Source: a bacterium | GTDB taxonomy: Bacteria; Bacteroidota; Ignavibacteria; UBA10030 | DNA: 47,910 nucleotides | Assembly (NCBI GenBank): GCA_007280275.1 | Contig: QYQB01000043.1 | Coordinates: 1 to 47,910, forward strand | Direction: 5' to 3' | Shown here: one piece after another, positions 18,497-27,173 of the stretch | How the letters are laid out: every line of letters begins with the position of its first letter | How positions within the stretch are numbered: position 1 is the stretch's first letter | Position numbers and translations under genes: made by a program | Notes under the pieces: generated by a model | What the model saw: the letters and a program-made list of their open reading frames with translations, nothing else | What the model was told of the DNA's origin: nothing | Databases searched by the model: none

Positions 18497-21388
18497 ATGA
18501 AGAGATTTTTACTCACTGCTACAGTGCTTGTGGTACTGATTTCGGTACTCGCAGGTCTGGCGCTTGCGCAGACAGTGCAGTCTGGAAGGGTTAAAGTGGT
18601 TGCTGTCCCCGACCGTTACAAGGCTGCGAACAAGAATCAATCAACGACTGGGTTGAAGACAGTCGGACAAGGTCAGCGTATTGTCCTTGCGCCGCAAATA
18701 TGGTTGAACCAGGGGACAAAGCAGGCAGACACGCTTGTCCCGGCTCTCTCCGCTACGTGGACCCTCACCAATCCTTACGGAACGGCGAAGACAATTCAGG
18801 ATACGGCGACCGGACTCAATGGTACGTACGTCTATTTTGTCCCCGACACCGTTGGGGACTGGACAGCGTCCTATTCGGCAACCACAAAGTTAGGGTCCGT
18901 GGCAGGCACCGGAAAGATCACCGTCGCAAAGTTTGTTGGCGTGGGAATCTCGATGGTCTCCACTCAGGGCGTGCCGAACGGTTGCGCTTGTCACCTCGTC
19001 GAACCAACGAAATTCTCAGATTGGTCGAAGACCAACCATGCTACCGCAGTGAAGCGCAAACTGAATGACCCGACCGGGCACTTCAGTTTCAGCTGCTTCT
19101 CCTGCCATTCGATAGGTTATGATGGCGTCCCCACCGCCGGCAACAACGGTTTTGACGATGTTGCTGCGGCGGAGAAGTTTGCCACAGTGTCGAGGAATGC
19201 AGTTGGTGTGTTTGACTCGCTGAAGACACTCTATCCAAAGTCGATGGCATTGACCGGAATCCAGTGCGAAAACTGCCACGGCCCCGCAGGACAGCACGTT
19301 GCAGGAATGCCCGTTCCAGGAAACAACAAGCTTGACGAAACATGGTCGCCGGAAGTTTGTGCACCTTGCCATTTCTCAAGCGACCGACATGGTATTGGCT
19401 ATGCCTATACTGCTTCACGTCACTTCACGTCAAGCTCGAACGGGAGCACCCGCGTTAACAACTTCAATCGTCTCTTGTGCGCTCGCTGCCATACCGGCCA
19501 GGGATATGTATATGAGAAGATTCAAGGCAAGATGCAGACTGTTCCCGCCACCGGAGAAGTTGAATACGTTGGTGGCACGTCTATGACCTGCGTAACCTGC
19601 CACGATCCGCACAATGGATCCAACGATAAGCAGCTTCGTGCGAAATCGGTTGGCGAGTCTTGCCTCGGCTGCCACGTTATCCGTTTGGGCACGGGTGGTT
19701 CCTTGCATACATCCCATCAGGGTTCGATGCTACTTGGTGCGAACCTGACACCATTCGGCACGGACGCGCTGAATGCCTACACATCGACGCCTTCAGGGAC
19801 TCCTCAGCAGGTCGTCGCAGCAGTCCAGACGTTGGGTGGATGGCAGTTGCCCGGCTATGTCTATGAGAATTCTTCTCACAGCGATATCAAAGAGATGTGC
19901 GTGAAGTGTCACATGGCAAGTTCACCTTCGTTCCTGGCAGCTTCGGCTTCCAACTTTACGAAGGCAGACACGATGATGACAAAGCTTGGCGGTCACACCT
20001 TCAAAGTTGCATATGACAATATCGTCGGCAAAGACACCACTACGATTCTCAATCCGACGGGGTGCGAAGAGTGCCACGGCGAGGCTTCGATCGAGTTTGT
20101 GGATCTCACCCAGGCAAAGACGAAAACTCTGCTGGCGAACTTGTTCAAAGCGCTGCCAAAGCGAGACTCCGCTGGCGTTACGATAAGCTCAATGAGTGAC
20201 ACGGTTGCCTACCAGAACTGGGCAAAGGCTCCCGCCGCACTGAAGCGCAAACTCACAACGATTGACAAGGCATCTATCTTCAACTACAACTTTGTCAACA
20301 ACGATGGAAGCTTCGGTGTACACAACTTCAACTATGCGAAAGGTCTTTTGACTTCTTCGCTGGAGCAGGTGACGCTCGGTGCCGGTGCATCAAGCATCGC
20401 ATCGATCAAAGATGTACCGCTCGACAACGGCAAAAAGGTCCAGGTTGTGTGGAACGCCTTCCCGTCAGAATATTACAGCTTCAACCAGATTGTCAATTAC
20501 GGTATCTTCAGAAAAGATCCGACGCTCCCGAGTCTCAATTCGATCAAGAAGGTCGGAAGCTTCACGGAACTGATGCAGACGACCAAGGTCGGCGGATCGG
20601 CCCTCATGGCTGGCACAGTGTGGACTTATGTCGGCTCAGTGCCGGCCTCAGGATTGACGCAGTATTCCTACATTGCTCCGACGATCTTCGATTCAACGAA
20701 GACCTCGGGTCAGCGGTGGACGACGTTCTATATCGCTGGCTACACGGGGGCGAGCACGGTTGCGTTCTCAACGCAGGCTGACAGCGGTTACTCAGTTGAC
20801 AACATTGCTCCTGCTTCTCCGAGCGGCACATCAGCCTCGTTCCTGAATAACGTGGTGACGTTGAAGTGGACCGCCAGCCCAGAAGATGATGTGTCCCAGT
20901 ATGCAATCTACAGAGGAACGGCAGCTAATTTCAATCCTGCCGGGACCACACGGTTGGCAACAGTGCGCACGTCACAGTACCAGGATGCAGTGTCGCAGAG
21001 CGGCGTGACATACTACTACAAGATTTCGGCGATTGATTTTGCTGGCAACGAGAGCGGCTGCACCAGCGTTAGCGTGCTCACAGATGTCCAGAACGGCAGC
21101 GGTCTGCCGACGGAATTCGCGTTGAACCAGAACTTCCCGAATCCGTTCAACCCGTCCACAGAGATCGCCTTCGCCGTGCCGAAACAGACTGCGGTCAAGA
21201 TCGTGATCTATGGTCTCTCCGGTGAGGTTGTTGCCACGCTCGTGAATCAAACGATGGCGGCTGGCAACTACCGTGTTACCTGGAACGGCAAGACCGACGA
21301 TGGTCGGGCAGTCGCCAGCGGTGTCTACTTCTACCATCTGCAGTCAGAAGGATTCACTGCAACGAAGAAGATGACATTGTTGAAGTAA
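18497..21388 (+). CDS. Paralog of 15494-18397: secreted multiheme cytochrome c (8 CxxCH + 1 CxCH) with T9SS C-terminal domain
   Basis: ATG 18497 after GGAGGT; CACH, CFSCH, CENCH, CAPCH, CARCH, CVTCH, CLGCH, CVKCH, CEECH; collinear with the upstream gene over its whole length. Confidence 0.9.
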   Translation: MKRFLLTATVLVVLISVLAGLALAQTVQSGRVKVVAVPDRYKAANKNQSTTGLKTVGQGQRIVLAPQIWLNQGTKQADTLVPALSATWTLTNPYGTAKTIQDTATGLNGTYVYFVPDTVGDWTASYSATTKLGSVAGTGKITVAKFVGVGISMVSTQGVPNGCACHLVEPTKFSDWSKTNHATAVKRKLNDPTGHFSFSCFSCHSIGYDGVPTAGNNGFDDVAAAEKFATVSRNAVGVFDSLKTLYPKSMALTGIQCENCHGPAGQHVAGMPVPGNNKLDETWSPEVCAPCHFSSDRHGIGYAYTASRHFTSSSNGSTRVNNFNRLLCARCHTGQGYVYEKIQGKMQTVPATGEVEYVGGTSMTCVTCHDPHNGSNDKQLRAKSVGESCLGCHVIRLGTGGSLHTSHQGSMLLGANLTPFGTDALNAYTSTPSGTPQQVVAAVQTLGGWQLPGYVYENSSHSDIKEMCVKCHMASSPSFLAASASNFTKADTMMTKLGGHTFKVAYDNIVGKDTTTILNPTGCEECHGEASIEFVDLTQAKTKTLLANLFKALPKRDSAGVTISSMSDTVAYQNWAKAPAALKRKLTTIDKASIFNYNFVNNDGSFGVHNFNYAKGLLTSSLEQVTLGAGASSIASIKDVPLDNGKKVQVVWNAFPSEYYSFNQIVNYGIFRKDPTLPSLNSIKKVGSFTELMQTTKVGGSALMAGTVWTYVGSVPASGLTQYSYIAPTIFDSTKTSGQRWTTFYIAGYTGASTVAFSTQADSGYSVDNIAPASPSGTSASFLNNVVTLKWTASPEDDVSQYAIYRGTAANFNPAGTTRLATVRTSQYQDAVSQSGVTYYYKISAIDFAGNESGCTSVSVLTDVQNGSGLPTEFALNQNFPNPFNPSTEIAFAVPKQTAVKIVIYGLSGEVVATLVNQTMAAGNYRVTWNGKTDDGRAVASGVYFYHLQSEGFTATKKMTLLK

Positions 21389-21401
21389 TTCCTGATTTAA
21401 C

Positions 21402-21451
21402 AAGGCAGGGTCTCAGACAGGAAAAAGTCCGAGATCCTGCCTTTGTATTTT
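21402..21451 (+). terminator. Intrinsic terminator after the third T9SS cytochrome
   Basis: aaggcagggtctc / gagatcctgcctt stem followed by tgtatttt. Confidence 0.7.
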
Positions 21452-21652
21452 GAACGGGCCCGCGAATTCCTGGCAGATCGACGTTCCATTCAAACCTCAG
21501 GTCTTCTCGTGGGCTTTCTGTTTTTGAGAAAGTGAGAAAGCAGTTATTGGAATTCGGGAAAACGACTAATGACAAAATGATCAAAGGGCACAAAATAGGC
21601 CAAGTGAGGTGCTTCGTTTCCGAAGGCGATGAGAATCTCAACGGTTTCAAGA

Positions 21653-21668
21653 TGGCATACATCTTGTG
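21653..21668 (+). promoter_or_regulatory. Possible sigma54 promoter (-12 TTGT variant)
   Basis: TGGCAT-ACATC-TTGTG, just upstream of ATG 21695; TGAGAA half-sites at 21525 and 21533. Confidence 0.3.
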
Positions 21669-21694
21669 CGATCTACTCCGGGAAAGTGAGATCT

Positions 21695-22126
21695 ATGGCC
21701 CCAACAGGAACAATAGCTGCAGCGAGCGTCTCTCAGGAGGGACTCTTGCAACGTGACGGAAAGAAGAAGGTTCTTGTCTTCAGTCCCGATGTTGCATTGG
21801 CCGAGAGCCTTTCGCTCTTGTTGGCCGACAAGTACGCGATCGCTTGTGAGACGCGGCTCGACAATCTGAAGGCCACCATCGGTGAAGCATCGCCGGCGTT
21901 GCTGCTGGTAGATCTGTTTGCGTTTCCGTCGGACATCCTTAAAGAAGTTACCGTTCTTCGAACAAGTCGTCTGAAGATTCCCGTTGTCCTCCTTAGGGTA
22001 TATCGCCAGCTTGCTCCTGAGCTCGAAGAGACGATTCGGGACTTGGCAGATTTCGTCTTCTACAAGCCATTCGATGTCAACGCAGTAGCGGATGCTGTTC
22101 ACAAACTTCTGGATGGCCAGTCCTGA
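21695..22126 (+). CDS. Atypical single-domain response regulator (receiver-like)
   Basis: KVLVFSPD...LLLVD...IPVVLLR...ADFVFYKPFD: CheY-fold pattern keeping Asp and Lys, with a degenerate acidic pocket and no Ser/Thr switch. Confidence 0.75.
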   Translation: MAPTGTIAAASVSQEGLLQRDGKKKVLVFSPDVALAESLSLLLADKYAIACETRLDNLKATIGEASPALLLVDLFAFPSDILKEVTVLRTSRLKIPVVLLRVYRQLAPELEETIRDLADFVFYKPFDVNAVADAVHKLLDGQS

Positions 22127-22187
22127 GTGAATCGCTCCGCGCTCTTTCACTCTAGCCTCCTTGGTTGTCTGAAAGGGGGATTGTGCT

Positions 22188-22547
22188 GTGACAAGCGTTG
22201 CAGATCTGAGCCGGATCAAGCTGGCGATGATTCGACAGCTCGATACCACACTGCGTCAAAACTACCACCAAACTCTAGTTGAGGTCCTGAACGAGCTCCG
22301 GATGAGGAGTGTCGTTTCGCAGCCGGATCCCTCTCCCGACAAAGTCTTCTCTGTTATCCTGCAGACACACGTCCTGACGTACAAGCCTGCTCCTTCCGTG
22401 CAGCGGCTTCGAGAAGCCCTGGAACGTATGGCGCGTGGAAAATTCGGCTTGTGTGTCCGTTGCGGAAGGGAGATTTCGGCGGAAGCGTTGCTTAGCGACC
22501 CGACCTTGCCTAGTTGTTCGCTCTGCCAGCGTAAGGCCAACGGCTAG
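22188..22547 (+). CDS. DksA/TraR-type C4 zinc-finger protein (divergent)
   Basis: ALERMARGKFGLCVRCGREISAEALLSDPTLPSCSLCQ. Confidence 0.75.
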   Translation: MTSVADLSRIKLAMIRQLDTTLRQNYHQTLVEVLNELRMRSVVSQPDPSPDKVFSVILQTHVLTYKPAPSVQRLREALERMARGKFGLCVRCGREISAEALLSDPTLPSCSLCQRKANG

Positions 22548-22744
22548 ATGTATTGGTGGCATATTATCCGTCTCATTTGACGGATTCTGCCGCCGTAGGC
22601 GCAGTTCCGCGAATCGCCAGCACGTCTCGATTTCCTGTTTCTTTACCCACCCCGAGTTCGGAATCCCAAGCATCCGCCCTGAGCAGGAGAGACTGTTCAA
22701 AAAGGAAATGGTCTGAAAAGAGCCATCAAATGATGAATTCTTGT

Positions 22745-22790
22745 TTCCCCATTCTGAGAACCATTTTGCAGCTGTTCTCGCTGAGGAGAA
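22745..22790. promoter_or_regulatory. Putative paired UAS sites upstream of the cytochrome operon
   Basis: TTCCCC-ATTC-TGAGAA (22745-22760) and TTCTCG-CTGA-GGAGAA (22775-22790), 30 bp apart, 117/87 bp upstream of a sigma54 site; IHF-like TATTGAGTTGATT at 22807-22819. Confidence 0.6.
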
Positions 22791-22861
22791 TGGATATCTG
22801 CTCATATATTGAGTTGATTGCCATTTGTTAAGGTTTTTGGACGCTTCTCAATTGTCATTGC

Positions 22862-22877
22862 TGGCACGAGAGTTGCG
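22862..22877 (+). promoter_or_regulatory. Sigma54 promoter of the membrane cytochrome operon
   Basis: TGGCAC-GAGAG-TTGCG. Confidence 0.8.
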
Positions 22878-22945
22878 AGAAATGAGTTGAAATTATATGT
22901 TCCATTCGATTGTTGACAAATTCAGCAGTTCGTGAACTTACGAAA

Positions 22946-25135
22946 ATGAGACCTGATTTGAAGCTTCCTCACCCGATTGTCTGGTTTTTCGTCCTCGTTT
23001 TCTTCTCGTTGCAGGCACTAGCCCAGACCCGAGAAGATTGCCTGACGTGTCACAGCGATTCTTCTCTGGCGATGGAGAAGAAAGGCAAACAAGTCCCTTT
23101 GTTTGTCAACGCGGCTATGCTGGAAAAATCCACCCATCGGAAGTTGGTTTGCGTTGCTTGTCACGCAGGCTTTGATGCTCAGAATGTCCCCCACAAAGAA
23201 AGAATCCAACCCGTCAACTGCCTGACGTGCCATAAGGATGCGCCGCTGAAGCATCGGTTCCATCCGCAGATGAATCTCGCAGGCGGAACGAACGGCAAGT
23301 CGGATGTCTCATGCAAAGAGTGTCATGGCACTCATGCTGTCGTCTCTCCGAAATCTCCCGGTTCAAAGTTCAACTCGGCAAAGCTGAGTGAGTTCTGTGG
23401 GTCGTGTCACAAGGATGTGAAGGAAACGTTTTCACAATCATCCCATGCGCACGCTCAGGTGTCGGGAATTCTGGGCGCACCGACGTGCATTGACTGTCAT
23501 CGAAACCCGATCGTTCACGTCACAGCAAAACAGGATACGACGGAGTTCAAGGTCGCGCAGGACAAACTCTGTCTCTCGTGCCACCTCGATGATCCAAATG
23601 TCCGGGCGCGGATGTCCCCTTCGACAGGATTCATCGGCGCATATGAGGGAAGCGTCCACGGATCAGCGCTGCAGCGTGGTAATGGAAACGCCGCAAACTG
23701 TGTGGATTGCCACGGCAGTCATGAGATGAAGAAGGGGGTGGATCCGACGTCCCGCGTTGCGAAGGCGAATATCCCTCAGACATGTGCCAAGTGCCACTCC
23801 GATGTCGCAAAGGCGTTCAGCTACAGCGTCCACGGTCTTGCCGTCAAGAACGGAAACATGTCGGCCCCCGTGTGCACAGATTGCCATGGTGAGCATAACA
23901 TTCTTAATCACAAGGACCCTCGCTCGCCGGTTGCTGCAGGCAATGTCTCAAGTCAGGTATGCTCCCCCTGCCATAGCTCTGTGAAGCTCAATCAGAAGTA
24001 TGGTCTTGCGAATGACCGTTTCAAGAGCTTCGCTGACAGCTACCACGGGTTGGCCGGCACGGCCGGCTCCGTACAGGTTGCCAACTGCGCCAGTTGTCAT
24101 GGTGTCCATGATATCAAGCCTTCGAGCGATCCAACCTCCCGCATCAGCAAAGCCAATCTCATCAATACTTGCGGGACGTGCCATCCCGGGGCGAACGAGA
24201 ACTTCACAAAGGGTTCCGTCCACGTCATCGCGACTGAGAAGCAAGAAGATGTGCTCTATTATGTCTCCACCACCTATATCATTCTCATCATCGTCCTCAT
24301 CGGTGGTATGCTTCTCCACAACCTGCTCGACTTTGTCAAGAAATCGAAGCGTCAACTCATGTATCGACGCGGCCTGATTCCACGGCCGCCGGTGGCACAC
24401 CGGTTGTACCTGCGGATGTCGCTGAACGAGCGCCTCCAGCACGCGTCCCTGGTGATCAGCTTCTTCACTCTCGTGTTCACCGGCTTTGCTCTGAAATATC
24501 CGGAAGCGTGGTGGGTGACACCGATTCGGAATATCAGTCCTCTGATGTTCGACCTGCGCGGAATTCTGCATCGGATTGCAGGCGTTGTGATGGTTGCGGC
24601 GAGTCTGTTCCATGTTTATTACGTTCTCTTCGTGCCCCGGGGAAAGCAGTTAATTCGTGATCTGCTTCCCAAAATCGAGGACGTGACCGATGCGATCGGT
24701 ATTCTGAAGTACAATCTCGGTTTCTCGCCGGTCAAACCGAAATTCGGGAGGTTCAGCTACATCGAGAAGAGCGAGTATTGGGCGCTGGTATGGGGAACGA
24801 TGGTGATGGCGGCGACCGGAGTCATCCTCTGGTTTGATAACACGTTCCTCGGGCTCCTGACGAAGCTATGGTGGGACGTGGCACGCACCGTCCACTACTA
24901 TGAGGCGTGGCTGGCTACCCTTGCCATTATCGTCTGGCATTTCTATTTCATCATGTTCAATCCCGATATTTATCCTATCAATCTCGCATTCTGGAAGGGG
25001 ACGCTGACAGAGGAAGAGATGGAAGAAGAACATCCGCTTGAGCTGGAAGAGATCCGTCACGCCGAAATGAAGGCGGCCCTGAGGAATCAAACTGAGCCCG
25101 AGAAGGAATCGGCATCTGTAGGGGCCAAAGAATAG
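22946..25135 (+). CDS. Fused 13-heme cytochrome c / diheme cytochrome b (FdnI/HydC-type) quinol oxidoreductase, CbcL-like
   Basis: Signal peptide ALA-Q; 13 CxxCH; TM helices with ERLQH, LHRIAG, GRFSYIEKSEYWALVWG, VHYYEAWLATLAIIVWHFY. Confidence 0.85.
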   Translation: MRPDLKLPHPIVWFFVLVFFSLQALAQTREDCLTCHSDSSLAMEKKGKQVPLFVNAAMLEKSTHRKLVCVACHAGFDAQNVPHKERIQPVNCLTCHKDAPLKHRFHPQMNLAGGTNGKSDVSCKECHGTHAVVSPKSPGSKFNSAKLSEFCGSCHKDVKETFSQSSHAHAQVSGILGAPTCIDCHRNPIVHVTAKQDTTEFKVAQDKLCLSCHLDDPNVRARMSPSTGFIGAYEGSVHGSALQRGNGNAANCVDCHGSHEMKKGVDPTSRVAKANIPQTCAKCHSDVAKAFSYSVHGLAVKNGNMSAPVCTDCHGEHNILNHKDPRSPVAAGNVSSQVCSPCHSSVKLNQKYGLANDRFKSFADSYHGLAGTAGSVQVANCASCHGVHDIKPSSDPTSRISKANLINTCGTCHPGANENFTKGSVHVIATEKQEDVLYYVSTTYIILIIVLIGGMLLHNLLDFVKKSKRQLMYRRGLIPRPPVAHRLYLRMSLNERLQHASLVISFFTLVFTGFALKYPEAWWVTPIRNISPLMFDLRGILHRIAGVVMVAASLFHVYYVLFVPRGKQLIRDLLPKIEDVTDAIGILKYNLGFSPVKPKFGRFSYIEKSEYWALVWGTMVMAATGVILWFDNTFLGLLTKLWWDVARTVHYYEAWLATLAIIVWHFYFIMFNPDIYPINLAFWKGTLTEEEMEEEHPLELEEIRHAEMKAALRNQTEPEKESASVGAKE

Positions 25136-25139
25136 GATC

Positions 25140-27173
25140 ATGAAGCCTCTCGCACGCTTGAAAATTCATAGTACCTTGAAGTGCCATCGGCTCATTGTAC
25201 GATCGTTCTGGCTTATTGTTTTCGCGGGCTTGTGGCTGGCTCCGGCGTTCGGTCAGGAGAACACCGAATGTCTCGGTTGTCACAGCGACAAATCCCTTGA
25301 AGGGACCCGCAAAGGCAAGAAGTTCTCGGTTTTTGTCGATGAGAAGAAGTTCGGCCAGTCGATGCACTCTGCTCTTACGTGCGTTTCATGCCACGCTGAC
25401 CTTGCCGGCAAGGAACTACCTCACGCGGAAGGCCTTCAGAAAGTAGAATGTGGAACCTGCCACTCGGCCGAGCAGGAGCTGCATACAAAATCGCTTCACG
25501 GCAAAGCGATTGCACGAGGCGACGCCCTGGCCCCGCATTGCAACGATTGCCACGGCAACCACAATATACTCTCCTCGAAAGACCAGCGTTCACCGATCTC
25601 GCCGCTCCAGATCCCATTCCTGTGTGGGAAATGCCACCAGGAAGGATCGCTGGTGACCGCTCAGCGCACGATTCACCAGGATCATATTCTGGAGAATTTC
25701 TCTGAGAGTATCCACGGTCAGGCCCTCTTCCAGAAGGGATTGATTGTCGCGCCCAACTGCGCTTCGTGCCATACGCCGCATTCAATTCTTCCTCACACTG
25801 ATCCGGCGTCGTCGATTGCCAGGGGGAACATCTCCAAGACGTGCACGAAATGTCATGCGCAGATCGAGATTGTACACCGCAAGGTCATTCGCGGGGAGCT
25901 CTGGGAAAAACAGGCGCACACGCTGCCCGCGTGTATAGATTGTCATCAACCCCACAAGATACGGAAGGTCTTCTACACGCAGGGGATGGCGGATAAGGAT
26001 TGCCTCCGCTGCCACGAGAACAGGAACCTCAAGTCGTCGAAGGACGGCCGGTCACTCTACGTGCAGGGGGAACAGCTTGGGTTTTCACGACACTCGAAAG
26101 TCTCGTGCAGCCAATGCCATTCCGAAGTCAGCGTTTCGCGCCTTCGTCCATGCGAGACGATCACGAAAAAAGTGGACTGCTCATCCTGTCACGCCGAGCT
26201 CGCGCAGCAGTATCAGGTTAGCACGCATGGGAAGATGGCCGCGAAAAATGACCCCAACGCCCCGACGTGCAAGGAATGTCACGGTACACATCTCGTACTC
26301 GGAAAGCTGAGTCCAAATTCCGCAACCTTCGCAACGAATGTCCCACTCCTGTGTGCGAAGTGCCATCGGGAAGGACAGAAAGCGGCCGTCCGCTACACCG
26401 GCTCCCAGCATGAGATCATCGAGCACTACACCGAAAGCATCCACGGCAAAGGGTTGATGAAGAGCGGGCTGACAGTGACGGCAACGTGCACCAGCTGCCA
26501 CTCTGCCCACAGCGTGTTGCCGAAGAGCGATTCGCTCTCAAGCGTGAATCCAAAGAATGTTCCTCAGACCTGCGGGCGGTGTCATCACGGGATTCAAGAA
26601 CAATTCGAATTGAGCATCCACGCGGTCCTGGTTGGGAAGACCGACAAACCGTTGCCGGTGTGCAACGATTGCCATACAGCGCATACCATCCGGCGTGCGG
26701 ATGAAACAGGATTCAAGCTTCAGATCATGTCTCAATGCGGAAGGTGTCACGAGGCAATCGCAAAGACATACTTCGATACCTACCACGGGAAAGTATCTCA
26801 GCTTGGCTACACTAAAACAGCGAAGTGCTATGATTGTCACGGCGCTCATGACATCCTTCCAATTTCCGACTCCCGCTCGCACCTGAGCAGAGAAAAGGTT
26901 GTCGGCACATGTCAGAAGTGCCATTCCGGAGCCAACCGGCGGTTTGCAGGGTACCTGACGCACGCGACGCATCACGATCCGGAGAAATATCCGTTTCTCT
27001 TCTGGACGTTCTGGGGTATGACTTCGTTGTTGGTCGGCACATTTGTTCTTGGCGGCGTGCATACGCTCCTCTGGTTGCCTCGTGCTCTTCAGATGCAGCG
27101 CCAGCGCCGCAGGGAGTCTGGGCAACAGAACCAGGGAGACAAAGGAGAGCATGGAGACAACAGCAAAGCCTGA
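25140..27173 (+). CDS. 19-heme cytochrome c with C-terminal membrane anchor (c-subunit of a split CbcL-like complex)
   Basis: Signal peptide AFG-Q; 19 CxxCH; YLTHATHHD followed by TM FWTFWGMTSLLVGTFVLGGVHTLLWLPR. Confidence 0.88.
   Translation: MKPLARLKIHSTLKCHRLIVRSFWLIVFAGLWLAPAFGQENTECLGCHSDKSLEGTRKGKKFSVFVDEKKFGQSMHSALTCVSCHADLAGKELPHAEGLQKVECGTCHSAEQELHTKSLHGKAIARGDALAPHCNDCHGNHNILSSKDQRSPISPLQIPFLCGKCHQEGSLVTAQRTIHQDHILENFSESIHGQALFQKGLIVAPNCASCHTPHSILPHTDPASSIARGNISKTCTKCHAQIEIVHRKVIRGELWEKQAHTLPACIDCHQPHKIRKVFYTQGMADKDCLRCHENRNLKSSKDGRSLYVQGEQLGFSRHSKVSCSQCHSEVSVSRLRPCETITKKVDCSSCHAELAQQYQVSTHGKMAAKNDPNAPTCKECHGTHLVLGKLSPNSATFATNVPLLCAKCHREGQKAAVRYTGSQHEIIEHYTESIHGKGLMKSGLTVTATCTSCHSAHSVLPKSDSLSSVNPKNVPQTCGRCHHGIQEQFELSIHAVLVGKTDKPLPVCNDCHTAHTIRRADETGFKLQIMSQCGRCHEAIAKTYFDTYHGKVSQLGYTKTAKCYDCHGAHDILPISDSRSHLSREKVVGTCQKCHSGANRRFAGYLTHATHHDPEKYPFLFWTFWGMTSLLVGTFVLGGVHTLLWLPRALQMQRQRRRESGQQNQGDKGEHGDNSKA

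Noticed and set aside
12737-21388. Calling the secreted cytochromes NrfA/ammonia-forming nitrite reductase because of the D.S.G.HN..Y C-terminal helix
   Set aside because: No CxxCK active-site motif; heme number and Ig/T9SS architecture differ. This helix also occurs in non-catalytic multihemes.
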